Below the pieces are notes generated by a model. It was not told the origin of the DNA, searched no databases, and was given only the letters and a program-made list of their open reading frames with translations. 64,000 nt of DNA from Leucobacter sp. (lineage in GTDB: Bacteria; Actinomycetota; Actinomycetes; Actinomycetales; Microbacteriaceae), in assembly GCA_041655455.1 (NCBI GenBank), contig JBBAFK010000010.1, positions 1,161 through 65,160 on the forward strand, read 5' to 3'. Of this stretch, positions 37,018 to 48,200 are shown piece by piece. Position 1 is the stretch's first letter. Each line of letters starts with the position of its first letter. Both the position numbers and the translations under genes were made by a program.

Positions 37018-37329
37018 GTGCCCAAGATCCACTCCGAAGCCGCGCTCAAGATCGGTCAGCGTATCCGATCCGTCCGACATCGGCTCGGTATTTCCCTCGA
37101 GGATCTCGGTGAACTCTCCGAAATCAGCTGGACGAGCATCGGGAAGATCGAGCGGGGTGTCTCGAGCCCGACCGCGGAGACGCTCGTGCGGCTCGCCACC
37201 GCCCTCGAGGTTGACCCCGGCAGCTTTCTGAGCGGCATCACGGCGAACGACTACGGCCGAAGACTGCACCAGCTCTCGGCGCGCGACCTCATTCGGGCCC
37301 GCGCCGAACAGGAGCAGCGAAAGGCCTGA
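37018..37329 (+). CDS. XRE family helix-turn-helix transcriptional regulator
   Basis: IGQRIRSVRHRLGISLEDLGELSEISWTSIGKIERGVSSPTAETLVRLATALEV is a classical Cro/C1-type HTH. Confidence 0.8.
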   Translation: MPKIHSEAALKIGQRIRSVRHRLGISLEDLGELSEISWTSIGKIERGVSSPTAETLVRLATALEVDPGSFLSGITANDYGRRLHQLSARDLIRARAEQEQRKA

Positions 37330-37338
37330 GCCGCTTCA

Positions 37339-38559
37339 TCACGGGCCTTTCGTCGCCGCCAGCACCGTGAAGGTGCGGTTGCGCGCGAGTTCTCGCACGG
37401 GCCCGATGGTCCGTTCGATGAGCGACCGGTAACGCAGGTGCGAGTTGAAGACGATGCGAGCTTCGCCGCCCGGGACGAGCGCGGCCCCGCACGCGCGGAT
37501 CAGACGATGAGCGACTCCCGCGTGCACGGTCGCGCCCGTGTGGAATGGCGGGTTGAGCAGGATGAGCTCCGCCCAACCGTCTGGAACCGCCTCGAGCGCG
37601 TCGCCGCGGTGCACATCGACCCGGTCGGCGACGCCTGCGGCCTCGGCGGTGAGACGTGTGGCGGCGACGGCCGCGGCAGACTGGTCGGTCGCGATGACCT
37701 GCGCCTCGGGCCAGCTGAGCGCAGCAAATACCGCGAGGGATCCATTCCCGCACCCGAGGTCGACGATGCGCGACGGGCGCGGCGCGGCTCGGCGCGGCGC
37801 ATTTCCGCCCGGTGCATCTCGACCCAGTGTCGACAGCAGCAACCGGCTCCCGTGGTCGAGGGTGGGCCCACCGAACGTGGCACCGTGGGCCGCGATTCGG
37901 AACGAGAGATCGGGGTCTGCACCCCAGCGGGGAGACGGCGCTGGGCCCGAGGCGGGTAGCGCACCTGTGGCGGTGATCACGCGCGACTTTCGCCACCCCA
38001 GGCCGGCGGTGACGTCGGTGAAGGAGCGCGCGAGTACGTCGTTCATCGACCGGGTCATGTGCTTCGCGCGGCCGCCCGCGTACACGGTCACCTCGGGCGC
38101 GGCCCATTGCGCGATCGACCACGCGATCTCGTGCAGCTCATCGAGGCTGCGTGGCAGTTGCAGGAGCACCACGCGAGCGCCCCGCAGCAGGTCGGCGTCG
38201 AGCGCGTGCGCCTCGTAGGCTCCTGAGAGTCCGAGCCGTTCCGCGTTGCGTGCGAGGGCCCGCTCTCCGAGCAGCGGATCCTGGTGCGTGCGGATCCCTC
38301 GCGCACCGAGGAGTTCCGCCGCGCCGATCGTGAGGGCGCCGTGACGGTCGCCGATGACGGCGAGCTCACCCCGCGCCACCGCGTGCACCGCGGCCGCGCC
38401 CGTCATGAGGATCAATTCGTCGGCCGCGTCGAACGCGCGCAGTTCCGGTGCCTCAAGGTCTGGTGCGCGTGAGAGTTCCGCGAAGAGCGCCTCGAGCTTC
38501 GCAAGCAGCTCGGCGTCGGCGGATCCCTCTCCCCTACCCATCCCCCAACAATCGGTCAC
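37339..38559 (-). CDS. Class I SAM-dependent rRNA (guanine-N2)-methyltransferase, RlmG/RsmC-like two-domain type
   Basis: IVDLGCGNGSLAVFAA (motif I), ELILLNPPFHTG (NPPF catalytic motif), with an N-terminal duplicated non-catalytic domain. Confidence 0.75.
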   Translation of the reverse strand: MTDCWGMGRGEGSADAELLAKLEALFAELSRAPDLEAPELRAFDAADELILMTGAAAVHAVARGELAVIGDRHGALTIGAAELLGARGIRTHQDPLLGERALARNAERLGLSGAYEAHALDADLLRGARVVLLQLPRSLDELHEIAWSIAQWAAPEVTVYAGGRAKHMTRSMNDVLARSFTDVTAGLGWRKSRVITATGALPASGPAPSPRWGADPDLSFRIAAHGATFGGPTLDHGSRLLLSTLGRDAPGGNAPRRAAPRPSRIVDLGCGNGSLAVFAALSWPEAQVIATDQSAAAVAATRLTAEAAGVADRVDVHRGDALEAVPDGWAELILLNPPFHTGATVHAGVAHRLIRACGAALVPGGEARIVFNSHLRYRSLIERTIGPVRELARNRTFTVLAATKGP

Positions 38560-38652
38560 TTGTGCAGGCTATTCCTCGGTCGAATCGCGCACAACTGTCG
38601 GATTGATTCGGGAAGAAGGTGCGAAGGGATCGACGGCCACGCGCCCCGTGAA

Positions 38653-39075
38653 CTACGGCTTCCACACGACGACCTCGGCGCTGCGGCGCACCCTGGTGCC
38701 GCGGCGCAGGGTCACGACCTCGCCGCCGGTCGACCCCGCGGCGAATACTCGACGTTCGGGGCGTTGCAGCCGCTCCTCGGAGAGGGCGCGCTCGAGATCG
38801 CGCACGTGCCGTTCGAGGTCGCGCACGCGATCCTCGAGTTGCAGCACCCGCCGGATCCCCTCGAGGCTCAGCCCCTCAGACGAGAGGCGCGCGACCTCCT
38901 GCAACCTGGCAATGTCGTGCAGCGAGTACCGGCGCGTGTTGCCGCGGGTCCGCTGCGGCGAGACGAGCCCGATTCGGTCGTACTGCCGCAGCGTTTGCGG
39001 ATGCATCTCGGCGAGTTCGGCCGCCGCAGCGATCGCGAACACCGGGGTGTACCGGTCCATCTGAGGTTCGGCCAT
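38653..39075 (-). CDS. hspR: Heat-shock repressor HspR (MerR family)
   Basis: In-frame ATG 39075. FAIAAAAELAEMHPQTLRQYDRIGLVSPQRTRGNTRRYSLHDIARLQEVARLS. Last gene of the dnaK operon. Confidence 0.9.
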   Translation of the reverse strand: MAEPQMDRYTPVFAIAAAAELAEMHPQTLRQYDRIGLVSPQRTRGNTRRYSLHDIARLQEVARLSSEGLSLEGIRRVLQLEDRVRDLERHVRDLERALSEERLQRPERRVFAAGSTGGEVVTLRRGTRVRRSAEVVVWKP

Positions 39076-39178
39076 GGAACTCACCTGCTTTCGTTCATGT
39101 GATCTGCGAGGGATCCGGGAGTGCCAACCTCCGCCCAAACACTGCCTGGTTGGCGCTCTCCCGGCCCCGCTTCTGCTG

Positions 39179-40150
39179 CTAGCCGCGTGCCCGTGCGAGG
39201 AGGTCCTCGCGCGGGCTCTCCTTCGGCTCTACTTCGCGGAACGCTTCGAGCGCGGCCTTCGCCTCGTCCGAGAGGTGTGCCGGCACGACGACCTGCACCT
39301 CGGCGAGGAGATCGCCCGTGCCCTTCGCGCTCTTCACTCCGCGCCCCTTGACCCGCAGCACGCGGCCACTCGGGGTGCCTGGCTGCACTTTCAGCCGCAC
39401 GGGTGCGCCGCCCAGCGTCGGCACCTCGACGGTTGCGCCGAGCGCGGCTTCAGAGAACGTCACCGGCAGCTTCAGCCGCAGGTTTTGGCCGTCACGCTCA
39501 AACACCGGGTGCTTCCGCACGCTCACCGTGAGGATGATGTCCCCGGCGGGTCCGCCGTTCGGGCCGGGCTCTCCCTTGCCGCGAACCTTGATCTTCTGGC
39601 CGTCCGCAACGCCCGCGGGAATTTTCACCTTCACGGATCCACTCGGGGCCTGCAATGTTACGGTCTGGCCGGTCACCGCGGTCTCAAAATCGAGCGTGGT
39701 CGACGCCTGGATGTCACGCCCCGGCTGCGGACCGCGCGGGGCGCCCCCGCCGAAGAGGTTGAAGATGTCGTCGTACCCACCGGCACCCCCCTGCGGGAAC
39801 CCTCCCTGCTGGAAGTTGTACTGCCGGCCTCCGCCGCCACCGCCGAACATGCCCCCGAAAACGTCCTCGAAGCCCTGCGACCCGCCGCCACCCGAGGTAA
39901 ACCTCGCGCCGCCGGCACCCATCGCACGGATCTGGTCGTACTCCTGGCGCTGTTCCTTGTCGGAGAGCACCGAGTAGGCCTCGCTGATCTCTTTGAACTT
40001 CGCCTCGGCCGCCGTATCACCCGGATTGGAGTCCGGGTGATACTTGCGCGCGAGTTTCCGGTAGACCTTCTTGATCTCAGCCTCGTCGGCGCCCTTCGAG
40101 ACGCCGAGAATCTGATAGAAATCCTTCTCGAGCCAATCCTGACTAGCCAT
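39179..40150 (-). CDS. dnaJ: J-domain co-chaperone DnaJ, type II/CbpA-like (no zinc-finger domain)
   Basis: In-frame ATG 40150. MASQDWLEKDFYQILGVSKGADEAEIKKVYRKLARKYHPD (HPD motif), a G/F-rich region, then the C-terminal substrate-binding domains. The protein contains no cysteine. Confidence 0.88.
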   Translation of the reverse strand: MASQDWLEKDFYQILGVSKGADEAEIKKVYRKLARKYHPDSNPGDTAAEAKFKEISEAYSVLSDKEQRQEYDQIRAMGAGGARFTSGGGGSQGFEDVFGGMFGGGGGGRQYNFQQGGFPQGGAGGYDDIFNLFGGGAPRGPQPGRDIQASTTLDFETAVTGQTVTLQAPSGSVKVKIPAGVADGQKIKVRGKGEPGPNGGPAGDIILTVSVRKHPVFERDGQNLRLKLPVTFSEAALGATVEVPTLGGAPVRLKVQPGTPSGRVLRVKGRGVKSAKGTGDLLAEVQVVVPAHLSDEAKAALEAFREVEPKESPREDLLARARG

Positions 40151-40778
40151 CAGCCCCCACCGCCACCGCGACCTTGGCGGGGCGCAGCTCGACCTCGCCG
40201 AGACGGTACCCCCGCTCGACGACGTCGAGGACCGTTTCCTCTTCGGTACCCGGCACGGGTACCTGAGCGATGGCCTCGTGCACCTGCGGGTCGAAGGGTT
40301 CCCCCTTCTCGCCGAAGGCCTGCAGGCCGAGCCGCTCGAGCGAGCCCCGAATCTTTTGAGCGATTGTCGTGAACGCAGATCCCTCGACGAGATCGCCGTG
40401 CTGTTCTGCACGGTCGAGATCATCGAGCACCGGGAGCAGCGGCATGACCACCGTTGCGGTGGCACGCTGCTTCTCGAGCTCGGCGTTCGCCTCTGTGCGC
40501 TTGCGGTAGTTCGCATACTCCGCAGTCAGACGGCGCAGGTCCTCCAGGTAGGGGTTCTCTTCATCCTGCAAGGGATCCACAGCCTCAGCAGCCTCCCCCG
40601 CCTGGTCGGCGGCCGAAGCCGCCGCGTTCTGCTCCGAGTTCAGAATGTCTTCGACCGTGAGGCCCTCGTCAGACGAGCCTTCCTGCGGCACGGGGCCGGA
40701 GGCATTCGCCTCCGACCCCGTCGCGGGAGCCTCGTCCTCGCCACCGGGCCCCGGTGTACGCTGCTCCTCGTTCGTCAT
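40143..40778 (-). CDS. grpE: Nucleotide exchange factor GrpE
   Basis: LRRLTAEYANYRKRTEANAE...VLPVLDDLDRA...FDPQVHEAIAQ...VLDVVERGYRLGEVELRPAKVAV. Confidence 0.92.
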   Translation of the reverse strand: MTNEEQRTPGPGGEDEAPATGSEANASGPVPQEGSSDEGLTVEDILNSEQNAAASAADQAGEAAEAVDPLQDEENPYLEDLRRLTAEYANYRKRTEANAELEKQRATATVVMPLLPVLDDLDRAEQHGDLVEGSAFTTIAQKIRGSLERLGLQAFGEKGEPFDPQVHEAIAQVPVPGTEEETVLDVVERGYRLGEVELRPAKVAVAVGADG

Positions 40779-40780
40779 CG

Positions 40781-42855
<2,075 letters not shown>

Positions 42856-42988
42856 TCCCAGCTCGCGCACATGTTTGCTGTTGGTTCGCCACTGCCAGTT
42901 CAGCGCTGACCGGTGAATTCCCTGCGATTCCTCCCCTTTGCTCCAGGAATGTCCGATACTGGGGGTCCAGCCGATCGAGGGGATCATC

Positions 42989-43120
42989 ATGAGCAGTGCA
43001 AGCGCGAGCGGGCGAAGTCCATGGGAGCGGCCGGAGCCCGCGGAGATCAAGACGGAGTCGTCGTCAGACCTGGAAGACACGCAGGTGCTTCCACCCTACC
43101 GCCCCGAACGCATTTTCTAA
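42989..43120 (+). CDS. Candidate small protein (43 aa), unknown function
   Basis: ATG 42989 follows GAGGGGA. MSSASASGRSPWERPEPAEIKTESSSDLEDTQVLPPYRPERIF. A clear terminator follows 12 nt downstream. No family was recognised. Confidence 0.35.
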   Translation: MSSASASGRSPWERPEPAEIKTESSSDLEDTQVLPPYRPERIF

Positions 43121-43131
43121 GCGCATTCACG

Positions 43132-43175
43132 ACGCCCTGTCCGCCCGCGACCGCGGGAAGGGCAGGGCGTTTTTC
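43132..43175 (+). terminator. Rho-independent terminator
   Basis: acgccctgtcc ... gggcagggcgt stem with an inner cccgcg/cgcggg stem, followed by TTTTT (43171-43175). Confidence 0.7.
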
Positions 43176-43444
43176 ATGCTGAGATTTGGTGCCAACCCGC
43201 TCAACACAACGGACTACGACAGCTCATTTTGCAGACGCCCTGAGTCAGGGATCCGACTCCACCCTGAAAAGCAATCCCCTATATTCCCGCTCAACAACGT
43301 TGCTACGCTCACGGGACTGCGGCCAGTCGAGCGGTGCGGGCCGACGAGCAGGGCGGTATCGACAAGCATGTCGGCCCCGCAAGCACGTCGAGCCCGAACG
43401 CCGGCCGTCGAACGAATGCCGGAACGCCGAAAGGAGACGTGAAC

Positions 43445-43729
43445 ATGTCAACAGAGGAACGTAAGGACCCGACGGCAGCAGCTCCGGACTCCGTCGAAAA
43501 GTCCGTCTATGGCGAAGCAAACCACGCGGGCAAGAGCGGACCTGACGCGGCCGACCCTCCACGAGCCGCCAGGAAATCCGGCGAGGCTGAGGATGACGCT
43601 CCGCCAGCGGACCTTGAACCGGAGGAGGCTGCTGACGTGCTCGAAACCCGTCGTGAGGCTCACCGCATCAAGGATGCGCAGCAGCGCCGAGACGACGAGG
43701 ACATCATCACTCTCGACACTCCGGATTGA
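43445..43729 (+). CDS. Hypothetical acidic, probably disordered protein (94 aa)
   Basis: ATG 43445 lies after AAAGGAGA. MSTEERKDPTAAAPDSVEKSVYGEANHAGKSGPDAADPPRAARKSGEAEDD.... No recognisable domain. Confidence 0.4.
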   Translation: MSTEERKDPTAAAPDSVEKSVYGEANHAGKSGPDAADPPRAARKSGEAEDDAPPADLEPEEAADVLETRREAHRIKDAQQRRDDEDIITLDTPD

Positions 43730-43803
43730 CTTGATTCCGGCATCGGCGCGCGACGTGTCCGGCGCATGCGCCCCCATTCGTCGCCCTGACCTACAATTTC
43801 GGC

Positions 43804-44337
43804 ATGGGAGTGACTCCAGACACATCAACGCTTGAACTGGTCCTCGTGCGGCACGCAAAGTCCGACTGGGGTGATCCCTCGCTCGCGGACCACGATCGAC
43901 CGCTCAACGCGCGCGGTCGGCGCAACGCACCCGAAATGGCGCAGCGGTTCGCAGCCTCGAGAGCCCGGGTCGACCGGATCCTCTCGAGCACCGCGCTGCG
44001 CGCTCGCACGACCGCTCAGGCGTTCGGCGACGTTCTCGGTTTGCCCGTCGAGCTCCGTCCCGAAATGTACGCGTCATCACCCTCGACGCTCGCTTCAATG
44101 GCTGCGGACTCCGGCGTGCGCCGCGTCATGCTCGTCGCGCACGACCCCGGCATCACCGAGCTCGCCGAGCGGGCTTCGGCGGGCGAAATCACCCACCTCC
44201 CCACGGGCGCTGTCGCCCGTTTCGCCTGGACGGTGCCGGGCTCGAGCGGTCAGGCTGACCACGGCTGGAACACTATCGACTGGGATCGGGCCGAGATGTG
44301 GTCGCTCGACACCCCGAGGGGTGGCGCCACGGGGTGA
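43804..44337 (+). CDS. Histidine phosphatase family protein (SixA-like phosphohistidine phosphatase)
   Basis: LELVLVRHAKSDW (RHG-type motif), RPLNARGRRNA, VMLVAHDPGITEL. Confidence 0.8.
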   Translation: MGVTPDTSTLELVLVRHAKSDWGDPSLADHDRPLNARGRRNAPEMAQRFAASRARVDRILSSTALRARTTAQAFGDVLGLPVELRPEMYASSPSTLASMAADSGVRRVMLVAHDPGITELAERASAGEITHLPTGAVARFAWTVPGSSGQADHGWNTIDWDRAEMWSLDTPRGGATG

Positions 44338-44558
44338 TCCCTGCTCGCTCCACGCTGCCGGCCCGGCTATCGCGTGCCAGGCAAGCCCACCATGCCCCAA
44401 CCGCCCCGAATCCCCAGCGCTCAGCCCCCAGCCCCAACCAATCCGGCAGTCGTGCAGGATTCCCGGGCAGAATAGCGCGCACAAGTGCCGGATTGCGCGC
44501 GGGGCCCATAGGCCCAGGGACCCCGCTTGCCGCATGAGACAGCACATGGAACACAAAA

Positions 44559-44597
44559 AGCCCCTGACCTCGGTACCTAAATACCTGGTCAGGGGCT
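44559..44597. terminator. GC hairpin flanked by A-run and T-run (bidirectional terminator) just 3' of tRNA-Tyr
   Basis: aaaaAGCCCCTGACC...GGTCAGGGGCTatttt. The stem is identical to 30671-30710. Confidence 0.7.
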
Positions 44598-44609
44598 ATT
44601 TTCTTGCTG

Positions 44610-44691
44610 TGGCGGATGAGGGATTCGAACCCCCGTAGGCATTGCCAGCTGATTTACAGTCAGCTCCCTTTGGCCGCTCGGGTAATCCGCC
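44610..44691 (-). tRNA. tRNA-Tyr (anticodon GTA)
   Basis: The reverse complement is ggcggattacccgagcggccaaagggagctgactgtaaatcagctggcaatgcctacgggggttcgaatccctcatccgcca. Anticodon stem gctga/tcagc with loop CTGTAAA, and a class II variable arm. Confidence 0.88.
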
Positions 44692-44797
44692 GTCGACCGC
44701 AACAATACGGCCAGGAGTCGAGTTTACCGTCTCACTTCCGCGAACGGAAATCGGAGTCGCGGCAGACCTCCCACCTGCGGTGTGGAAGGATCGACGC

Positions 44798-45262
44798 ATG
44801 AGCGAACTCCCCGCCGGCCTGACACTGCGCATCGCTCGCAGCCTCGCCGGCATCCCCACCTCGACCTTCTACCGGATCGCGCAGCTGCGTCAGGAAGTGT
44901 TCGTCGTTGAGCAGGACTGCGTGTATCTCGACCTCGACGGCCGCGACCTTGAACTCGACACACTGCAGCTCTGGGTCGAGGATCCGAACGGCGCTGTCGC
45001 CGGCTCCGTCCGGATCCTGAACGAAGACGAGCGCGAGCCCGGGCTACGCAGCATCGGTCGTGTCGTCACGGGCGCAGCATGGCGCGGGCGAGGGATCGCA
45101 GCAGCCCTCCTCCGCTCCGCAATCGCGCAGTGCGAGGGGCACCCGATCCTGATTCACGCGCAGGCGCACCTGGAGGACTGGTACGGCGGGTTCGGGTTCG
45201 TGACGAGTGGCCCGGGCTTTCTCGAGGACGGGATCCCTCACCTGCCGATGCGGATCGGCTGA
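44798..45262 (+). CDS. GNAT family N-acetyltransferase (ElaA-like)
   Basis: In-frame ATG 44798 lies after GGAAGGA. FYRIAQLRQEVFVVEQDCVYLDLDGRD, RVVTGAAWRGRGIAAALL (Q/RxxGxG/A motif). Confidence 0.8.
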   Translation: MSELPAGLTLRIARSLAGIPTSTFYRIAQLRQEVFVVEQDCVYLDLDGRDLELDTLQLWVEDPNGAVAGSVRILNEDEREPGLRSIGRVVTGAAWRGRGIAAALLRSAIAQCEGHPILIHAQAHLEDWYGGFGFVTSGPGFLEDGIPHLPMRIG

Positions 45263-45266
45263 TCCC

Positions 45267-48200
45267 TCACGCGCCGGCCGATGCGTCCTCGATGAGTTCG
45301 TCGATGCCCGGCACGGAGACCGCGAGCCCGTGACGGTGCGCGCGCGCCGACACCGACTGCTCCCGCAGCAGTGTCATGAGCTCTACCGGCCCGGCCATCG
45401 TCACCGGCTCCGCCCACAGCGACACCCGGTCGAGACCTCCGAGCCACTCGGCGGCCCGCACCCGGTCGCCGCCGATGAGGCGCACCCGCGCGGCCGGCGT
45501 CCCAGCGTCACCGACCGGACCGGAGACAGCGAGCCGCTCAACCCAGTCGTCATCGCGCTCGAGCGACACCTCGATGTCGAGCTTCGCGAGCACAGCGGTG
45601 AGCTCGTGGGGCAGCACCTCGCCCGTGGAAACGGAGACGGGGGCGCGCGTGAGGAGCGCCGCCGCGACCACTCGGACAAGCGCGGCCGCCGGCCCACCCT
45701 CGGCGAGTCTTACCTGCGTCGGCACCGGATCGTAGCGCAGCACATTGCGTTCCACTCCGAGATCGACGGTGTCTCGCATTGCACCGAAGGTCGTGCGCCA
45801 GGTGAGCGCGTCCGCGAGCGCGGCACGGCGCACCCGATCAAAGTCCTCGTAGGTGAGCGACGGTTGTGCCGCCTCGATGAGCAGTCGCACCTCGGGTTCG
45901 AGGCCGCGCAGGTGCAGGGTCTCGCTCCGCGTGCCCTCCCGTGGCTGCCAGGATCCGAGTGTGAGCAAGCGGTTCGGGCCTCCGCTCAGAGCACCGAGAC
46001 CCATCGCGGACTCATTCCAGCCGCCGAGCGGTTGCCGTTCGACGCGAGTGCAGGTCGTCGGCCGGTTGATGAAGAGCGTCGCGGCTTCGGCTCGGCCGAG
46101 CCACACCTGCACCTCGTCGGCGTCGTGCGACAGCAGACCCGCCACCGCTCCCCCGCGCTTCTGCAGAGCAATTGCCTCCGTCAGCGTGTGCGCGTGCGCA
46201 ACGCCGAGAACCGGCACCCCTACGGAGTCGGCCCAGAACGAAGACGACGCCGAGACTCCGACCCGCACCCCGGGCTGCCAGAGCAGGCCCTCGTCGTCGA
46301 GCTGTTCGGGGCGGACGAGCCACTCCTCTCCACGCCCGAGCTCGGTAAGCGCGCGCAGCCCTGCCGCGCTGGGTGGCTCGGGGAGCGGGCCAACGTCGAA
46401 ACTCAGCGGGTCGGCATCGCCGGGGTGGGCCGTGTCCCCCACCCGCAGCGCGCGCACCGCGTCGGCGAGACCGTCGCGGAACCGCCGGGAACGGGAGGCA
46501 CTGCCCATCAGGATCGCGCCGCGCACGCAGCGCGGGTCCGCGCCGCCGCCCACGAACGCCGAGGCGACGACGTCTGAGACGGCGGCCCCGAAGTCGGCGG
46601 AGGGGCCCAAGATGATCGTGCCGGGCCCGGGGAACACACCGTCGACGCGGAGGTCTGGTCGGCGGTGCGCAAGATCCCTCGCGACGGCGCGGTTGCCGAG
46701 CACCACGGCACGGTCGATTCCGACCGCTGCGGCGAGCGCGCCGAGCGTGCGGTCGGCGGCGACCGGTTCGAGGCGCACGGTGCCTGCCGGTAGTCCGCCG
46801 ACCTCCCACTCTTCGAGGAGGACGGCGGCGGAGCTTGCGACCCTGAGCGAGACGGCCCAGAGCACTCCACTGCCCGCGGCGAGTGCGGCGAGTACTGATT
46901 CCGCCTGCATCGAGAGCGGTGTCGACTCGTCGGCGACGACGAGGGCAAGACCTTCCGGTTCGAAGACCGCACCGCGCACTGCGCCGAGCGCGTCGGCGAG
47001 CTGGCCGGAGTAGCGCGCGGAGTCGACGATGTCATTGACCTCGCGGTCTAGCTCGGCGATTGGTGCGCCGGTATCTTGGGCGAGGAGTTGGAACATGCGG
47101 TCGCGGGCCGCGACGGTGGCGAGCGCGATGCGACGCAGTCGAGTTGCGCGGGTGTGTGTGGGTTGCGCGCCCCAGGCGTCACCTGCACGTCTGGCCTCTG
47201 CCGCTGCGGCTTCCGGGTCGATGTCGGCGCGGGAGAGGGCGACGGTGGGGTTCTCTTCGTCGATCTCGGCGGCGGTTTCGGCGGCGCGACGGAGGAGGCC
47301 GCGGGCCCACTCGCGGTTCGGGGCGAGGCTCGCATCGGTCTCGGGTTCGTTCGCAAATCCCGATCGTGAGATCGGCGGGATGGGTCGGGCGCTGCCGTGC
47401 TCCTGCAGCTTCAGTTCACCGGTGGATCCGCGAGTGAGGCCGAGCACTGCGGCGGTGAGCCCGCCGGTGTCGAATCGGGCCGGCTCGTCGGGTGCGCGGT
47501 AGAACAGGGCGCTGTCGCGTTCGCTCGGATCCCACTCGCGCGCCCGGAGCTGGGTGCGATGCGGAGGTGGCGAGGGATCCTCCGCCGCTCGTGCCGCCTC
47601 ACGGAAGAGGGATCGCTCGGTCGCGTCGCGGGCAGACTCAGACGCAGACACCGGCGCAGACGCAGACACCGAGTCGGACTCAGACGTAGCAGCGGATCCT
47701 GGAGTCTCGTCGGACTCGGAAGGAGATGCGGACCCGGGCAGTGCGTCAGACTCGGGCGCGGTGTTCGCCGCTTCGGCGTCCGATGCAGTTGCAGCGCTGC
47801 GGACCGCCGCGGCAGCGAGGCATGCTTCGAGGCGCGCGATTTCCGACTCCGGGTCCGCGGCTTCAGCGGCGAACCCGAGGAGCAGGTCGAGCGCCCCGGT
47901 GTATTCCTGCGGGGTCACCACGGGAAGCACGAGGCGCACTTCGGGAAGGTCTTGCGCGATGCGAGCGGCGAATCCGGGGGCGAATCCACTGCGCAGTTGC
48001 ACGCTGAAGAGATCCGCTGAGTCGAGCCGCGCGGCGAGTGCAGCGGTTCCGGCGAGCACGAGCGGGTCCTCGGTGGCGATGACGGGGCGGAGGGATGCGG
48101 CGCGGCCCGGGTGGAGGGCGAGCTCCACGAGTCGGAGGAGCTGCGCCCGAGCGTCGTCGCGGTCCTCGATGAGTGGCACAGCGAGGCCGGTCTGGATGGA

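Noticed and set aside
34467-37231. Plus-strand ORFs 34467..35621 and 35657..37231 (384 and 524 aa), opposite the glycosyltransferase genes.
   Set aside because: They are mirror-frame ORFs of well-supported GT4 genes. Their composition is dominated by Arg/Gly/Asp/His with no motifs.
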